Source of the DNA: the human T2T-CHM13v2.0 reference genome, Homo sapiens
NCBI RefSeq assembly: GCF_009914755.1
Contig: NC_060925.1
Length of the DNA stretch: 64,000 nucleotides
Reading direction: 5' to 3' (one strand)
Shown here: piece after piece, positions 26,914 to 40,382 of the stretch
Layout: each line of letters begins with the position of its first letter
Position numbering within the stretch: the stretch's first letter is position 1
Notes under the pieces: model-generated
Told to the model about the DNA's origin: nothing
What the model saw: the letters and a program-made list of their open reading frames with translations, nothing else
Databases searched by the model: none
Position numbers and translations under genes: made by a program

Positions 26914-28250
26914 GGTGTTGGGACAACTGGATTTCCACATGCAGAAGGGTGAAAATGGACCTTCATCTCACTCCATGTGCAAAAATCAACTCAAAATCAA
27001 TTAAAGACTTAAATATAAGACCTGAAATTATAAAACTACCAGAAGAAAACAAAAGCAAAAAGAAATAAATAGGCTTACGTTAAACTAAAAGGCTCCGCCC
27101 AGCCAAGGAAACAATTAACAGAGTGAAGAAACAATCTATGGAATGGGAGAAAATATTTGCAAACCACGCATCTGATAAGGGATTACTATCCAAAATATAT
27201 AAGGAGTTCAAACAACCCAACAATAAGAAAACAAAGAATCTGATTAAAAAGTAGGCAAAGGATCCGAATAGACATTTCTCAGAAGACATATGAATGGCCA
27301 ACGAGTATATGAAAAAATGCTCAAAGTCACTAATCATCAGGGAAATGCAAATCAACACCAGTGAGCTATCACCCGACACCTCTTAGAATGGCTATTATCA
27401 AAAAGATGAAAGACAGCAAGTGTTGGTGAGGATGTGGAAGAACAGAACCCAAGTACACTCTTGGTGGGGATGGAAATTAGTACAGTCATTAGGGAAAATA
27501 GCATGGAGGGTCCTCAAAAAATTAAAAACAGAACTACCGTATGATCCAGCAATCCTGCTTCTGGGTATATATCCAAAGGAAGTGAAATTAGTATGTTGAA
27601 GAGATAGCTGCACTTCGGTGTTTATTACAGCACTATTCCCAATAGCTGAGATACGGAATCAACCTAAGTGTGCATCAAATAATGAACGGATAAAGAAAAT
27701 GTAGTATCTATACACTGTGGAATACAATTTAGCCATTAGAAAGAAGGAAATTCAATCATTTATGACAACACGGATGAACTTAAAGGACATTACGTTAAGC
27801 GAAATAAGCCAGCATGGAAAGAAAAATATCTCATGACCACACTTACATATGAAAGCTAAAAAGTTGAAGTCATAGAAGTAGAAAGTAGAATGGTGATTTC
27901 CAGAGGTAAGGGCACAGTGGGAGGAGATGTTGGACGAAGGATACAAAATTTCAGTTAGAGAAGAATAGTAAGTCCAAGAGATCTATTGTAAAACATGGTG
28001 ACCATGGCTAATAGTAACACACTGTATTCTTGGAAATTTACAAGAAAGTAGATTTTAAGTCTTCTCATCTCTCTCACACACACACACACAAACACACACA
28101 CACGATAAGTATGTGAGGTAATTAATGTATAAGTTAATTAGTTAGATGTAGCCATCTACAATGTTCACGTATTTAAAAACATGTTGTGTACAAAAATATA
28201 CATGATTTTGTCAATTAAATAGAAAATAACATTTTAAAAATAGAAAAATA
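26914..28250 (+). mobile_element. L1MA8/9-like LINE 3' end with internal (CA)n at about 28074-28103
   Basis: Degraded ORF2 3' part (gaatgggagaaaatatttgcaaacca, gaactaccgtatgatccagcaatc) followed by L1MA 3' UTR and A-rich tail. Confidence 0.85.
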
Positions 28251-28399
28251 AATACAATTACTCTTGTGAATCCCTTAGAGTTTTTCCTGCTTTAGAAGAG
28301 CCTGCATTTTCTTCCTGATGAAACAGTTGGCTGATGTTTAGGGGCCATGCTATGTGAAAAATGTGCCCTTCACATTTAAACATTAGATGCACTCGTGGA

Positions 28400-28600
28400 C
28401 AGTGTGTGCTGGAGCCAGCTGGAAACCACTTGTGAGCTGGTTTTGTTCATCTCCTCCCAAATCTATATTCACAGTCATGATGTTGGTAGCTTGAAATCAG
28501 CCAAAGTGGGGTATTTACACCACAGAAATTGCCAAGTGCTTGAAACCAGGGCTCTTCGCTCCTTGAGAGCTGGCCTTTAATCAGATACCAGCAAACCATG
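28400..28600 (-). mobile_element. MER63-like hAT DNA transposon
   Basis: cagtgtgtgctggagccagct...gttggtagcttgaaatcagcca...taccagcaaacca termini. Confidence 0.65.
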
Positions 28601-29887
28601 GGCACCCAGAAAGGTGGGTGGGAACAGAGAGATGGACCAAGGGAACCATGGATTTACAAATTCCAACTCATATTCACGCCAAGGCTTTAGGTATTTGAGC
28701 GAAGTTGATTCTAGTGGGGTAGAATTGCTACACAATTTAAACTGTTACTTTTTTCTCTCATTTTTCTTTGCTGAGGGTAAAAAACTGCATTTCAGAAGTT
28801 CAACCTGTACCTGAGGTGCCTCCCCAGCAAGCAAGATGGCTGACGCTGGAGTGTGTCTTGGGCCCAGCCCTGAGCTGGAGCCCTGCAGGCTCCTAAGGAG
28901 GTGGGCACCACACAGCCAGGGTGGGCTGCGCTGTCAGCTATGGAACAACAGCGCACACCTGACTGCTCAGGGCCGCCTGAAGACAACTAAAGGAGAGGAG
29001 CTCTCCTTCATTTTTCCACAGAACACGTAGCTTGGGCCACTTGTGGGCTGAGGTGTCTGTCGGAAGGGGAGGTGCTGGGTGAGGCTGTGCTCTCTGTGAA
29101 GCCACCTAGGAGCTCAGTGACAGCAGCAGATGGTGACTGGACAGGAAGGGAAGTCTCCTCCAGTGCCAGGCTCAGGTGTGCTCAGTAAATATGTGCTGCA
29201 TGACAAGCAGTCCAGGCTGCTGCCTGTAGCTTAGCTGGAAGCTGCTGTCTTGTTCCAGAGCATACATGAGAACCTCAGGGTATTCATGGATAACAGCTAA
29301 GAGTGCTGGTAGGGCCCAGAGCACCTAATTCACCTGGGACAGGTCGGGGATGGCTCCCCAGGGCCATGTGAGCTGCATGTGGAAGGGACAGCAGACATTT
29401 GACAGGGGATGGCAGGGAAGGCTCTTATGCAGGTGGGAAGGCTGGAGGCTGACAGGGCATCCTTCTGTGGTCCATAAGGGATGGGGCTAACCCCTGTAAA
29501 TGAGGAGTTGTTTTCCCAATGAACAGCTCCTGCTGGGCTCTCCCTCCCCTCTGTGCCCCATCGAGAGGGGGCTCAAAGGTCTGTGGGCACGTTCTGGGGT
29601 TGCAGGTGGGATCTGCAGAGACCACAAACTTCCCTGGTGGGTGGAATAGCTGTGGCTTGAGTCCTTGGTGGGTTTGGAGGTTGGAGTAGGTGATGTGGTC
29701 GGTCCTCCTCTGATGGATGAAAGAAACCAAGAACCGAGAGGGAACTCTTGAGATAAAGGAAGTCCTGCAGAAAGGCAGCAGTCTGCTGTGGTTGGGGTGC
29801 AAATGTCACCAACACAGTGACGTTGGGCAGAAGCTGGCCCTACCACAGGCCCGAGCCATCTCTCCATCAGTGGAATCTTCCTCCATC

Positions 29888-30081
29888 AGAGGAATCTCCA
29901 TACTGTTCTCCATAGTGACTGTACTAATTTACATTTCCACTAACAGTGTACAAGAGATGGATGTCCCAGTTACAGGAATGTAATTATTACACATTGTATG
30001 CCTGTATCAAAACATCCCATGTACCTCATAAATAGATACACCTATTATGTACCCATAATAATTAAGAAGAAAAAAATTTAA
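29888..30081. mobile_element. Short L1MA insertion with inverted 5' part
   Basis: 29888-29957 is minus-strand L1 ORF2-end sequence; 29958-30081 is plus-strand L1MA 3' terminus with A-rich tail. Confidence 0.65.
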
Positions 30082-31056
30082 ACAACGAGGGGGGCTTTCC
30101 TGAGACTCCACTGCCCACACCAGCTGCCTGAGTTCTCTCCAGACCATACATTCAGGGATTTTTCCTTTTTGTGTTTGAAGAGCCCTCCGTTGTTGGTGTC
30201 AGAGGAGGAAATGCCTGGCTTCTGGAAGGTTGGTGTCTGGAGCTGGTGGTGGGTGGGGGTTGACTGTATCATACATGGACCTCCCACAAAGCTCCCTGCC
30301 TCAGCCCCACTTCTCACCCAACCCTGCATCCCACCTGGCCTCTCTGAGCTCAGAATCCCTGCGGGTTCCTCTGGGCGGACAGCTTCAATCCCTGCTGGGC
30401 CCCTATTTGTGTATTCTAAGTCAGTGATTCTCAAACTTAGCTGTGCATTGGGCACACTGGGCTCCCCTGGGTCCTTAAAGGAAAACTGTTCCCTGGCAGC
30501 CACCCCAGAGATTCTGATGTGGTTGGTCCAGAGTCTGGCACTATCTTTCTAAGCCACCTCTTCCATCTCTCTCTGAGATTCCAGGCCTCTCTGGTCTGCT
30601 CATTAGCTGCCAACCAGTCTCACCTTCATGTTGTGATTTAGAGACTAAAGCAACATAAATGTACTATATTATTTTTAAGAAGCTTAGGGAATGATGGGAG
30701 GCACATGCATGTACTTGGTTCATGAATATCTTGAACAAGAAGTCCAAAGCCTAATTTCAATTGTGATTTACATGCTCAACTTAACTTTACATGTCCATTT
30801 ACATGTCCAACTTAATCTCCAACTACTCCTTCTCTGCACTCTATAATTTAGCAAATACAAACAAACTCCAAGACCACTCCCTTCCTCCCACCGACACACT
30901 TTTTCCCACAATCATAAAGTTACTCATGCTGCTCCTGTGATAACGTCTAAGCACTGAGACCAGCTATGGCTGAGTTTGGATCAGCACTCAGGGATTCCAG
31001 GGCCCCGGTCAGCCTCTGCCTCTTCTTAACCTCTGCTCTAAGAGGGCTATCACAGG

Positions 31057-31345
31057 TTTTTTTTTTTTTTTAATTTTAGTTTAAGTTACTGGATCCATGT
31101 GCAGAACGTGCAGGTTTGTTACATAAGTATACATGTGCCATGGTGGTTTGCGGCACCTATCAACCCGTCCTTAAGGTTTTAAGCCCAGCATGCATTAGCT
31201 ATTTGTCCTGATGCTCCCCCTCCCCTCACCCCACACCCCCCAACAAGCCCTGGTGTGTGTCGTTCCCCTCCCTGGGTCCATGTGTTTTCATTGTTCAACT
31301 CCCCACTCATAAGTGAGAATGTGCATTGTTTGGTTTTCTGTTCCT
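31057..31345 (-). mobile_element. 5'-truncated L1PA (PA7-PA10-like) 3' end
   Basis: Poly-T, catgtgcagaacgtgcaggtttgttacat; TSD gggctatcacag / gggctctcacag. Confidence 0.88.
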
Positions 31346-31436
31346 GGGCTCTCACAGTTCTGAGCACCATATTCTCAGCCACATTCAGAGGCAGAAACCA
31401 GTGGGGAGGGTGGGGCCAAATTTCCTCCTCACCCTA

Positions 31437-32510
31437 TCTATGGTTTGAATTGTCCCACAAATGTCATGTGCTGAAACTTAATCTCCAATGTGGCAGTATT
31501 GAAAGGTGAAAACTTTCAATAGGTTGGGTTGGGTCATGAGAGCAGAGCCCTCATGAATAGGTTAATGGGTGTCAGTAGGTGGTCAGTAGGAGGCAGAGCC
31601 CTCATGAATAGGCTAATGGGTGTTAGTATGTGGTTTGGTCATGAGTTCAGAGTCCTCATGAATGGGTTAATGGGTGTTAAAGTAAGTTTCGCTTAAAACT
31701 GCCTCCTTACATATTTTAGGTTCATCCTAAAGGTTTCTCCACACATAGTGAAATGTGACCTAGCTGGATGTTTAAACAAACTATAATCTACTCTTGTATC
31801 AATCACAGAGTTTCAGCCCATCACAGACGTCAACTCCTCAAACTGTGTTCATACAAGTAGGCATTAACCTGTTTGTTTGAATAGGATAGGTTATAGCTTA
31901 GCCAGTGAAGCTGTTTCTGTACCTCACTTCCACTCTCTGTCTGTTGCTTTCCTTTTTTTGGTCCATAAATCTTATCTGACCATCTGGCAGCCCAGGAGTT
32001 GCTCTGAACTTATTCTGGTTCTGGAGGCTACCTAATTCTCAATGGTTCTTTGCTCAGTTAAATTCTGTTAAATGTAATTTGTCTAAAGTTTTTCTTTTAT
32101 GATGGGTTAATGGATTAATGGATGATCATGGGAGTGGAACTGATGGCTTTACGAGAGGAAGAGAGACCTGAGCAAGTACACTAGTACACTCACACTCAGG
32201 CCCCTTAGACTAAGGCTCCCCTTCCTCCCTAGCGTTTCTGAAGCCCCAGCACCCTCCCAGCTTCATAACTGAAAGTCCTTCCTGCCTTTACCCTCATAGA
32301 AAGTCTTTTGCCAGGTGATGCTGCTGCAGCAAGAATCGCCATGTGATGGCCTACGCCACCTCAGGATATGATACAGAATCCCCACCAGCAAGAAGGCTCT
32401 CACCTGATGTGCCCCCTTGACCTTGGACTTTCAAGCCCCCATAACTGTAAGATAATAAATTTTTCTTCTCTATAAATTACCGAGTTTCAGGTATTCTGTT
32501 AAGAGCAACA
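31437..32510 (+). mobile_element. MSTD-like MaLR LTR split by a MER57 LTR
   Basis: tatggtttgaattgtccc start; resumes at about 32103 as tgggttaatggattaatgg; ends aaattaccgagtttcaggtattctgtt. Confidence 0.75.
31675..32102 (+). mobile_element. MER57 ERV1 solo LTR
   Basis: tgttaaagtaagtttcgcttaaaactgcctccttacatatttt start; tggg duplicated at both flanks. Confidence 0.8.
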
Positions 32511-32793
32511 TCCTGACAAGACGAAGGAGGGTGTCTTAGTCCATTTTCTGTTGCTTTTAACACTATCGACTGATGAGGGAGATCAAATATATGGGTAACT
32601 AGTGTCCCCAAAAAGGAGATCAAAGGTATGGAGAGGAGAAAATACAGTAATCAATGCCATCAATTTCTTCCCCCGAAGCCATTCCCCTTCTTACTGAGAG
32701 AACCCTTACGGTTCAGATGTCAAGAAGAGATGGTATCAGGGAGGAGGTGGGCATGTGACACTAGTCTGGCCAACCATATGTAAGAAAAAGTTT

Positions 32794-33105
<312 letters not shown>

Positions 33106-33119
33106 AGAAGAATAAGTTT

Positions 33120-33360
33120 ACTCAGGACTGCTTTGAGCACTTGCAAATGCCAGCACCACTCTAAGTGCTGTCAGTGTATTAACTAATAGTCTTGTTCAAC
33201 AACTCTATGCGGGAAAGCATTCTAGTTACTCCCATTTTCATGGATAAAGGCACAGGGAGGCTAAGTCCCTGTTCAAGACCCTGCACAGCCAGAAAGTAGA
33301 GTTAGGATTGTAACACAGACAGCTTGGCCCCAAAGCCAAATTTCTTATCCATTAAGCTGT
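33120..33360 (-). mobile_element. MIR SINE
   Basis: cccattttcatggataaaggcacagggaggctaag core. Confidence 0.6.
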
Positions 33361-35076
33361 AAGGCTCACATCAATTTGCCCAAAGGTCAACTCATCTAAA
33401 ACCAATTTGCTGAAAGACAGTTTACTAGAGAGTCCATTTCATGAGTGAGCAAATCACTGAATGACCAATTTGCTGAATTGGCTAAATTCATAAAATATGT
33501 ATTTCTATCCGTTTTTTATAAAGCTTGGAATGATTTGAATCAGATAGGTTATAAGGCCTTTGGGAAGAAAAGGTTCTGGCTTCAGATTTCTTCCCTGGAA
33601 GTCGTCTGCCTCTCCTCCCCCTGTCAGTCTCCATCTCTCTCTGTCCCTTAATCCCCCACTTTCAGGAATCAGCAACTCTAGATTCTTAGGAACTGACTTG
33701 TCTTTCTATCTCTTAGCAGGGAATTGGGTAGAGAAGAATTAAACATTGGCACTCTTAAGAAGAAATGATGAAAACTTGTTAACTAAAATGACCAGAAATG
33801 TTTAAAAGCTGTTTAAACCATCCTATACAATATGCTTTAAGCCTTATTCATAGTTAAAAGAAAGAAGATTCTGAAAAATGGATGGCTTTGATAATATTGA
33901 TGACTTGATCGTTCACTGAATTGGCACCTGGCAAATTGGCTCACTTCTGCCCCATAGTGCCTCTAAAACAGGCGTGTCAAACCCAAAAGTCCTTGCTCCA
34001 TAGCTGTCAGGGATATATCTGACTTTCAAGCAGAGGTATGGGATTCTATTTTTGTGGTAACCACTTGCAATTGTTCATTAGCAATACTGCAGTAAATGCT
34101 CACTATGGTAGCAAACACCCAGGGTATAAGTTTTTTGTTCTGTGATTCTAATAATAAGTAGATAATATGCATTGAGTGGAAATTTCAATTATGCTGAAAT
34201 GTTAATTTTTTTCAGGTGAAGAAAACAATTTTACAGATCTATTAGTTGTTACCTGGAAACCTTTTGATTAAGAATAAGGTTAACTATCTTGAACTAGTAA
34301 ACAAAGACTTTAAATTAATCAAGTATTGTACAATAAATGTATATGAATTACCATTCTTTGTATTAAAGGTTTTTTTAAAGGTTACAGAACCTGATACGAA
34401 GCCTGTTTTCCTCTCAATCCCAACATCAGTTATTTAGTTTCAGCAAAACAAAAACACCCATCACATTAGCTTACATTTGTAGGTTTGAATATTAGTTTAA
34501 TAACCATTGTTTCTTTGTTTTACTGTTTTTATTTATATTATATACATTTTTCATTTATAATATAAAAGCTATAAGCACAAGACATTTATACATAGTTTTA
34601 TGTTTGTATGTCTTTAAGTAACATCATAATAAAAATAATTTAAATAAACAGTAATAAAACTTTTTTTAAAAGAACATTTTTTACTTAAAAATATTTTATT
34701 AAATTATTAAAAGAAGTAAAGATAAAATACATCCTCAGTAAACAAATCCTTAATAAGCATAACACAAACACCAAACTGACAAAGTAAAGCATACAAACTA
34801 CAGGAGAATGTCATTTATGAATAATGATGCAAAAATCACAAATAAAAATATTATCCAACAATAGCACATTAGAAGAATAATACATCAACTGAGGTTTATC
34901 CCAATAATGCAGGAAAGGTTTGAAGGAAAGGAAAGGAAAGGAAATCTATTAATGTATTACTAATAAATAAAAAAATGCAAAACTATATGGTATATTCACA
35001 GATGCAGAAAGGGAGATGTTAATACTTGACATTTTATTTTTGATAAAGCTTTTCACAAAATAAAATGGATATATAC

Positions 35077-38000
35077 TTTTTTTTTTTTTAATTTATTTTA
35101 AGTTCCAGGGCACATGTGCAGGATGTACAGGTTAGTTACGTAGGTGAACGTGTGCTATGGTGGTTTGCTGCACCTAACATCTCATCACCTAGGTATTAAG
35201 CCCTATATGCATTAGCTATTTTTCCTAATGCTCTTCCTCCCTGCATCCCCCCCCCGATAGGCCCCAGTGTGTGTTGTTCCCCTCTCTGTGTCCATGTGTT
35301 CTCATTGTTCAGCTCCCACTTATAAGTGAGAACATGCAGTGTTTGGTTTTCGGTTTCTGTGTTAGTTTGCTGAGGATAATGGCTTCCAGCTCCTTCCATG
35401 TCCCTGCAAAGGACAAGATCTCATTCCTTTTTATGACACATAGTATTCCATGGTGGATATGTAACACATTTTCTTTATCCAGTCTATCATTGATGGGCAT
35501 TTGAGTTGATTCCATGTCCTTCTATTGTGAATAGTGTTGCAATGAACATACACGTGAATGTATCTTTGTGATAGAATGATTTATATTCCTTTGGGTATAT
35601 ACCCAGTAATGGGATTGCTGGGTAAAATAGTATATTTCTGGTTCTAGATCTTTGAGAAATTATCACACCATCTTCCACAATGGTTGAACTAATATACATT
35701 CCTAGCATCTGTGTAAAAGCCTTCCTATTTCTCTGTGACCTCACCAGCCTCTGTTGTTTCTTGAGTTTTTAATAATTGCCATTCTGACTGGCGTGAGATG
35801 GTATCTCACTGTGGTTTTGATTTGCATTTCTCTAATGGTAAGTATCATTGAGCTTTTTTTTTTCATTTGTTTGTTGGCTGCATAAATGTCTTCTTTTGAG
35901 AAATGTCTGTTCATGTATTTTGTCCACTTTTTAATGGGGTTTTTTTTTCTTGCAAATTTGTTTAAGTTCCTTGTAGATTCTGAATATTAGCCCTTTGTCA
36001 GATGGATAGATTGCAAAAATTTTCTCCCACTCTGTAGGTTGCCTGTTCACTCTGATGATAGTTTCTTTTGTTGTGCAGAAGCCCTTTAGTTTAATTAGAT
36101 CCCATTTGTCAATTTTTGCTTTTGTTGCAATTGCTTTTGGTGATTTTGTCATAAAATCTTTGCCAATGCCTGTGTTCTGAATGGTATTGCCTAGATTTTC
36201 TTCTAGAGTTTTTATACTTTTGGGTTTTATACTTAAGTCTTTAATCCATCTTGAGTTAATTTTTGTATAAGGTGTAAGGAAGGGGTCCAGTTTCAATTTT
36301 CTGCAAACTGCTAGCCAGTTCTCCCAGCACCATTTATTAAATACTAAATCCTTTCCCTATTGCTTGTTTTTGTCAGGTTTGTCAAAAACCAGATGGTTGT
36401 AGATGTATGGATTTATTTCTGAGTTGTCTATTCTGTTCCATTGGTCTATGTGTCTGTTTTTGTACCAGTACCATGCTATTTTGGTTATTGTAGCCTTGTA
36501 GTATAGTTTGAAGTGTGGTAGCATGATGCCCCAGCTTTGTTTCTTTTGCTTAGGATTGTCTCAGCTATATGAGCTCTTTTTTTGTTTCATATAAATTTTA
36601 AAAGTATTTGTTCTAAATCTGTGAAGAATATGGATGGTATTTTAATGGGAATAGCATTGAATCTATAAATTACTTTGGGCAGTATGGCCATTTTCATGAT
36701 ATTGATTCTTCCTATCCATGAGCATGGAGTGATTTTCCATTTGTTTGTGTCAGCTCTGATTTCATGTCATGACTATCCCTATCAGTTATACACTTGATCT
36801 TTTAACATAATCCCATAGTTCTTGGAGGTTTTGTTCATTCCTTTTTATTCTTTTTTCTCTAATTTTGTCTGCTTGTCTTGTGTCAGCAATAGTCTTCAAG
36901 CTCTGATATCCTTTCTTCCACTTGGTCTATTCAGGTATTGGTACTTGTGTTTACATTATGAAGTTTTTGTGTTGTGTTTTTCAGCTCAATGAAGTTATTT
37001 ATGTTCCTCTCTAAATTGGCTACTCTGGTTAACAGCACCTGTAGTGTTTTATACTGGTTCTTTATTTCTTTGCTCTGCAAAGTTTGTTATTACCCATTTT
37101 CTGAAACCTACTTCTGTCAATTCATCCATCTCAGCTGCAGCCCAGTCCTGTGTTCTTGCTGGAGACATGTTGTGATCATCTGCAGAAGAAGAGGCACTCT
37201 GGCTTTTTGAGTTTTCAGCCTTATTCCATTGATTCTTTCTCATCTTCATGGGTTTATTTACCTTTGATCTTTGAGGCTGCTGACCTTTGGATGGGGTTTT
37301 TGTGGAGTCTTTTTCATTGATGTTGTTGTTGCTGTTGCATTCTGTTTGTTTTTCCTTTAGCAGTCAGGCTCCTCTTTCATAGGGCTGCTGTGATTTGTTG
37401 GGGGTCCACTCCAGACCCTATTAATTTGGGTTCCTCCCACCCCTGGAAGTATCACCAAAAGAGGCTGCAGACCAGCAAAGATGGCAACCTGTTCCTTCCT
37501 CTGGGGGCTCTGTCAGAGAGGGGCACAGACCTGATGCTGGCTGGAATGCTCCTGTATGAGGTGTCTGGAGACTCCTGTTGGGAGGTCTCACCCAGTCAGG
37601 AGGAGTGGGATCAGGGACCACTTAAATAAGCAGTCTGGCTGCCCCTTGGCAGAGTGGGTGTGTGCGCTGGGGGAAACCCCCCGTGTCTGGGCTGCCGTCA
37701 CTCTCCAGAGCCAGCAGGCAGAAAAGACTTAGACTGCTGATCCACAATATTGCAGCCCCCGCTTTTAGTGGCTCCTCTCAGAGAGATCGGAGTTCTGTCT
37801 ATAAACCCCTGGCTGGGTATGCTGAAATTCCCACAGTGAGGCTCTTCCCTGTGAGGAAGTGTGGATCAGGGTCCTGCTTAAAGAAACAGCCTGGCCACCA
37901 TCTGACCCAGCCGCTGTGCTGCGCTGTGAGGAATTGCTCCCGGTCCAAACCACCCAGTCTCACTGGCAAGTTGCAGGGGAAAATGGCCTACTGGAGCTGC

Positions 38001-38630
38001 AGTGGTGGTGGCCACCCCTTCCTTTCGGGAACTCAGTCTTCTTAGGCAGTCTTCAGACTGCTGCCCTGGCCAGTAGGGGTTCCAAGCCCGTAGGTTGTGG
38101 TTTGAGGGGTCCCATGGGAGTGAGGCTGCTTGGCTACCTAACATTAGCCCCATTCCAATGGGAGTGAATGGATCTCCTGCCTCACCAGAGTTCCCAGAGC
38201 TGAAGTACACAAACACTCCTGTGTCTCAGTGCTGGCTTGAGTGACCACCCACCTGAGCAGCCACTGTGAATCTGCACAGCTCTGTGCTTGGGACCCAAGG
38301 CCCTAGTGGAGTGGGCACATAAGGGGACCTCTTGATGTCCTTGCAAGGATCTATGGGAAAAGCATGGTTTTCAGGGAGGTGTAGTACAATCCCTCACCAC
38401 TTCTCTTGGCTGCGGAAGGGAGCTCCCTTTTCCCCGTGCAGCTCCCAGGTTGGCCGTCGCTCCACCCTGAGTTTCCTCACTCTTCATAGTCACATCAACT
38501 GCTTAGTCATTCCCAATGAAAGAACCTTGGGACCTCTACTGAAGATGCAGAATTCACTCACCATTTTCATCATTCTCAGTGGGATCCGCAGAGCAGAGCT
38601 GTTGCTATTTGGCCATTTTGGCTGGTTCCA
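35077..38630 (-). mobile_element. L1PA (PA8A-PA13-like) retaining 5' UTR and 3' end but internally deleted
   Basis: 3' UTR and ORF2 C-terminal part at 35077-36770 (ORF 35931-36296 [21 protein letters not shown] is L1 ORF2); ORF1 N-terminus at about 36800-37250; 5' UTR to about 38630 (reverse complement starts ggaaccagccaaaatggccaaatagcaacagctc). Confidence 0.88.
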
Positions 38631-39318
38631 TGGTCCTATTTTTTCCTAATCAACGTGATTCCTTTTAACACAATAAAATTAAGAAGGCTGAAAATTCAAC
38701 CTACTTTGAAATCCAGCAACCCACAGGACCATAATATCTAATTTTTGACTATAGAAAATAAGAAATTATTTTATGATGAGCATAGAAAATCCCTGGTTTT
38801 AAAAACATTTCTTAAACTGAAAATTTTTAAACTTGAACTTGTCTTCAGCAGAATTAGAAGGATCCAGGCTACCCTATATATCTCATATTCACTATGCCTT
38901 CTCCCCATAATTTTTAATCACAGTAACCACTTCAATCTGTCAGCATCTTATCTTTAACAGGCATTTTGTTCCAGGTGACAATAGGTGATAGTTTAAGTAA
39001 ATGTTTACAACTGAGTGCTATATACTATCACTGTGACATAATACAATAGTAATATTTGTAACTGCCTCAGATTCCTTTTATTATACAATATGACTTTTAA
39101 ATCAATTAAATTAAAATATAAAATTCTTCTAATCCACCCAGGTCAGATAGAGAATTTCATTTGCATTTTCCTTTACAGTCTATTGCCAGCAACTAATTTT
39201 ATATCACTTTGCATTAGTGAAAGTTTTCTGTTAGGACAACTGCATTGTAGCTACTCTACAAACAAAAAGGTGTACTAAAGGATATATTTTATGATTTTTT
39301 GTTGCAGAAAACTAGCCT

Positions 39319-39699
39319 GTTACATGGCAAGAATGATGCCATCTTGAAGCAAAACCATTAGGATGATTGATGTTTGACTCCTGCATCTGCAGCAAGGTCT
39401 TTGCACACTCTCCAAAGCAGAAACAACCCCTCATAAATAAACAATGTCTAGAGCATAAATAACCCTTCATGAAGATGTCTATCTTACCAAAAAGCTTGGT
39501 ATAGAAAGTACCTTACTGGAAAGCGGGTGCAGGAATCCACCATCTTGCAGCTGCCTGAGATATCACTTCTGTTTGTAACTCCCTATTAAATGATTTGTTG
39601 TTGTTGTTTTAGAAACCGGATTTGTCAGCCTCTTTCTTCAACCTCTCAGCTCCCTGGGCCTTTGGGGGTAGGTTTGCCATAACTGCTCATCACAGAACA
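39319..39699 (+). mobile_element. LTR47-like ERVL LTR
   Basis: ggatttgtcagcctctttctt...ctctcagctccctgggcctttgggggtaggtttgc...cagaaca terminus. Confidence 0.7.
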
Positions 39700-39992
39700 T
39701 TTGGTAGCCAAAGATCCCAGAAATGCCTTCCAGAGCCACACTGCAGAATTGGGCTGTGGAGAGAGCTGCTGCCTGTGCCAAAGACAGGAAACTGCAAGGT
39801 CAGCAGCCGCTGGTCGTGATCATGCCATTACTGCCTGCATTCCATGACCAAAAAGACATATCCTGCACCTTGCCTCAACCCCCATGTTACTCAGTTTCAG
39901 TGAAAGTCCCGGGTATGGGAAATGACTCAGTTGAAATACATCTGGAAAATGTAGTTTTGAGCTGTTTATCCTCTGCCGTACTGGAAGGCATC

Positions 39993-40382
39993 TGGTATGG
40001 TTTGAGTCTGCGTCCTCGCCAAAATCTCCTGTCAAATTGTAATCTTGCATGTTGGTGGGGGGGGGGGTCTGTTGGGAGGCAATTGGATTCTGGGGGCAGA
40101 TTTTCCTTTTAGTGCTGTTCTGGGTATTGTGAGTGAGTTATTGTGAGATCTGGTTTTTAAAATGTGTGTAGCACCTCCCCACCCTCCCTCTTCCTTTGCT
40201 CTGGCCATGTATGGTGTGCCTGCTTCCCCTTCGCCTTCTGTGTTGATTGTAAGTTTCCTGAGGTCTTCACATCCATGCTTCCTGTAGAGCCTGTGAAACC
40301 GTGAGCTAATTAAACCTCTTCACCGTATTAATTACCCAGTCTCAGGTATTTCTTTGTAGCAGTATGAGAATGGACTAATACA
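39993..40382 (+). mobile_element. MSTA MaLR solo LTR
   Basis: TG...ggactaataCA with perfect 5-bp TSD GCATC. Confidence 0.88.

Noticed and set aside
35931-36296. 121-aa ORF as a host gene
   Set aside because: It is an L1 ORF2p fragment in a deleted element
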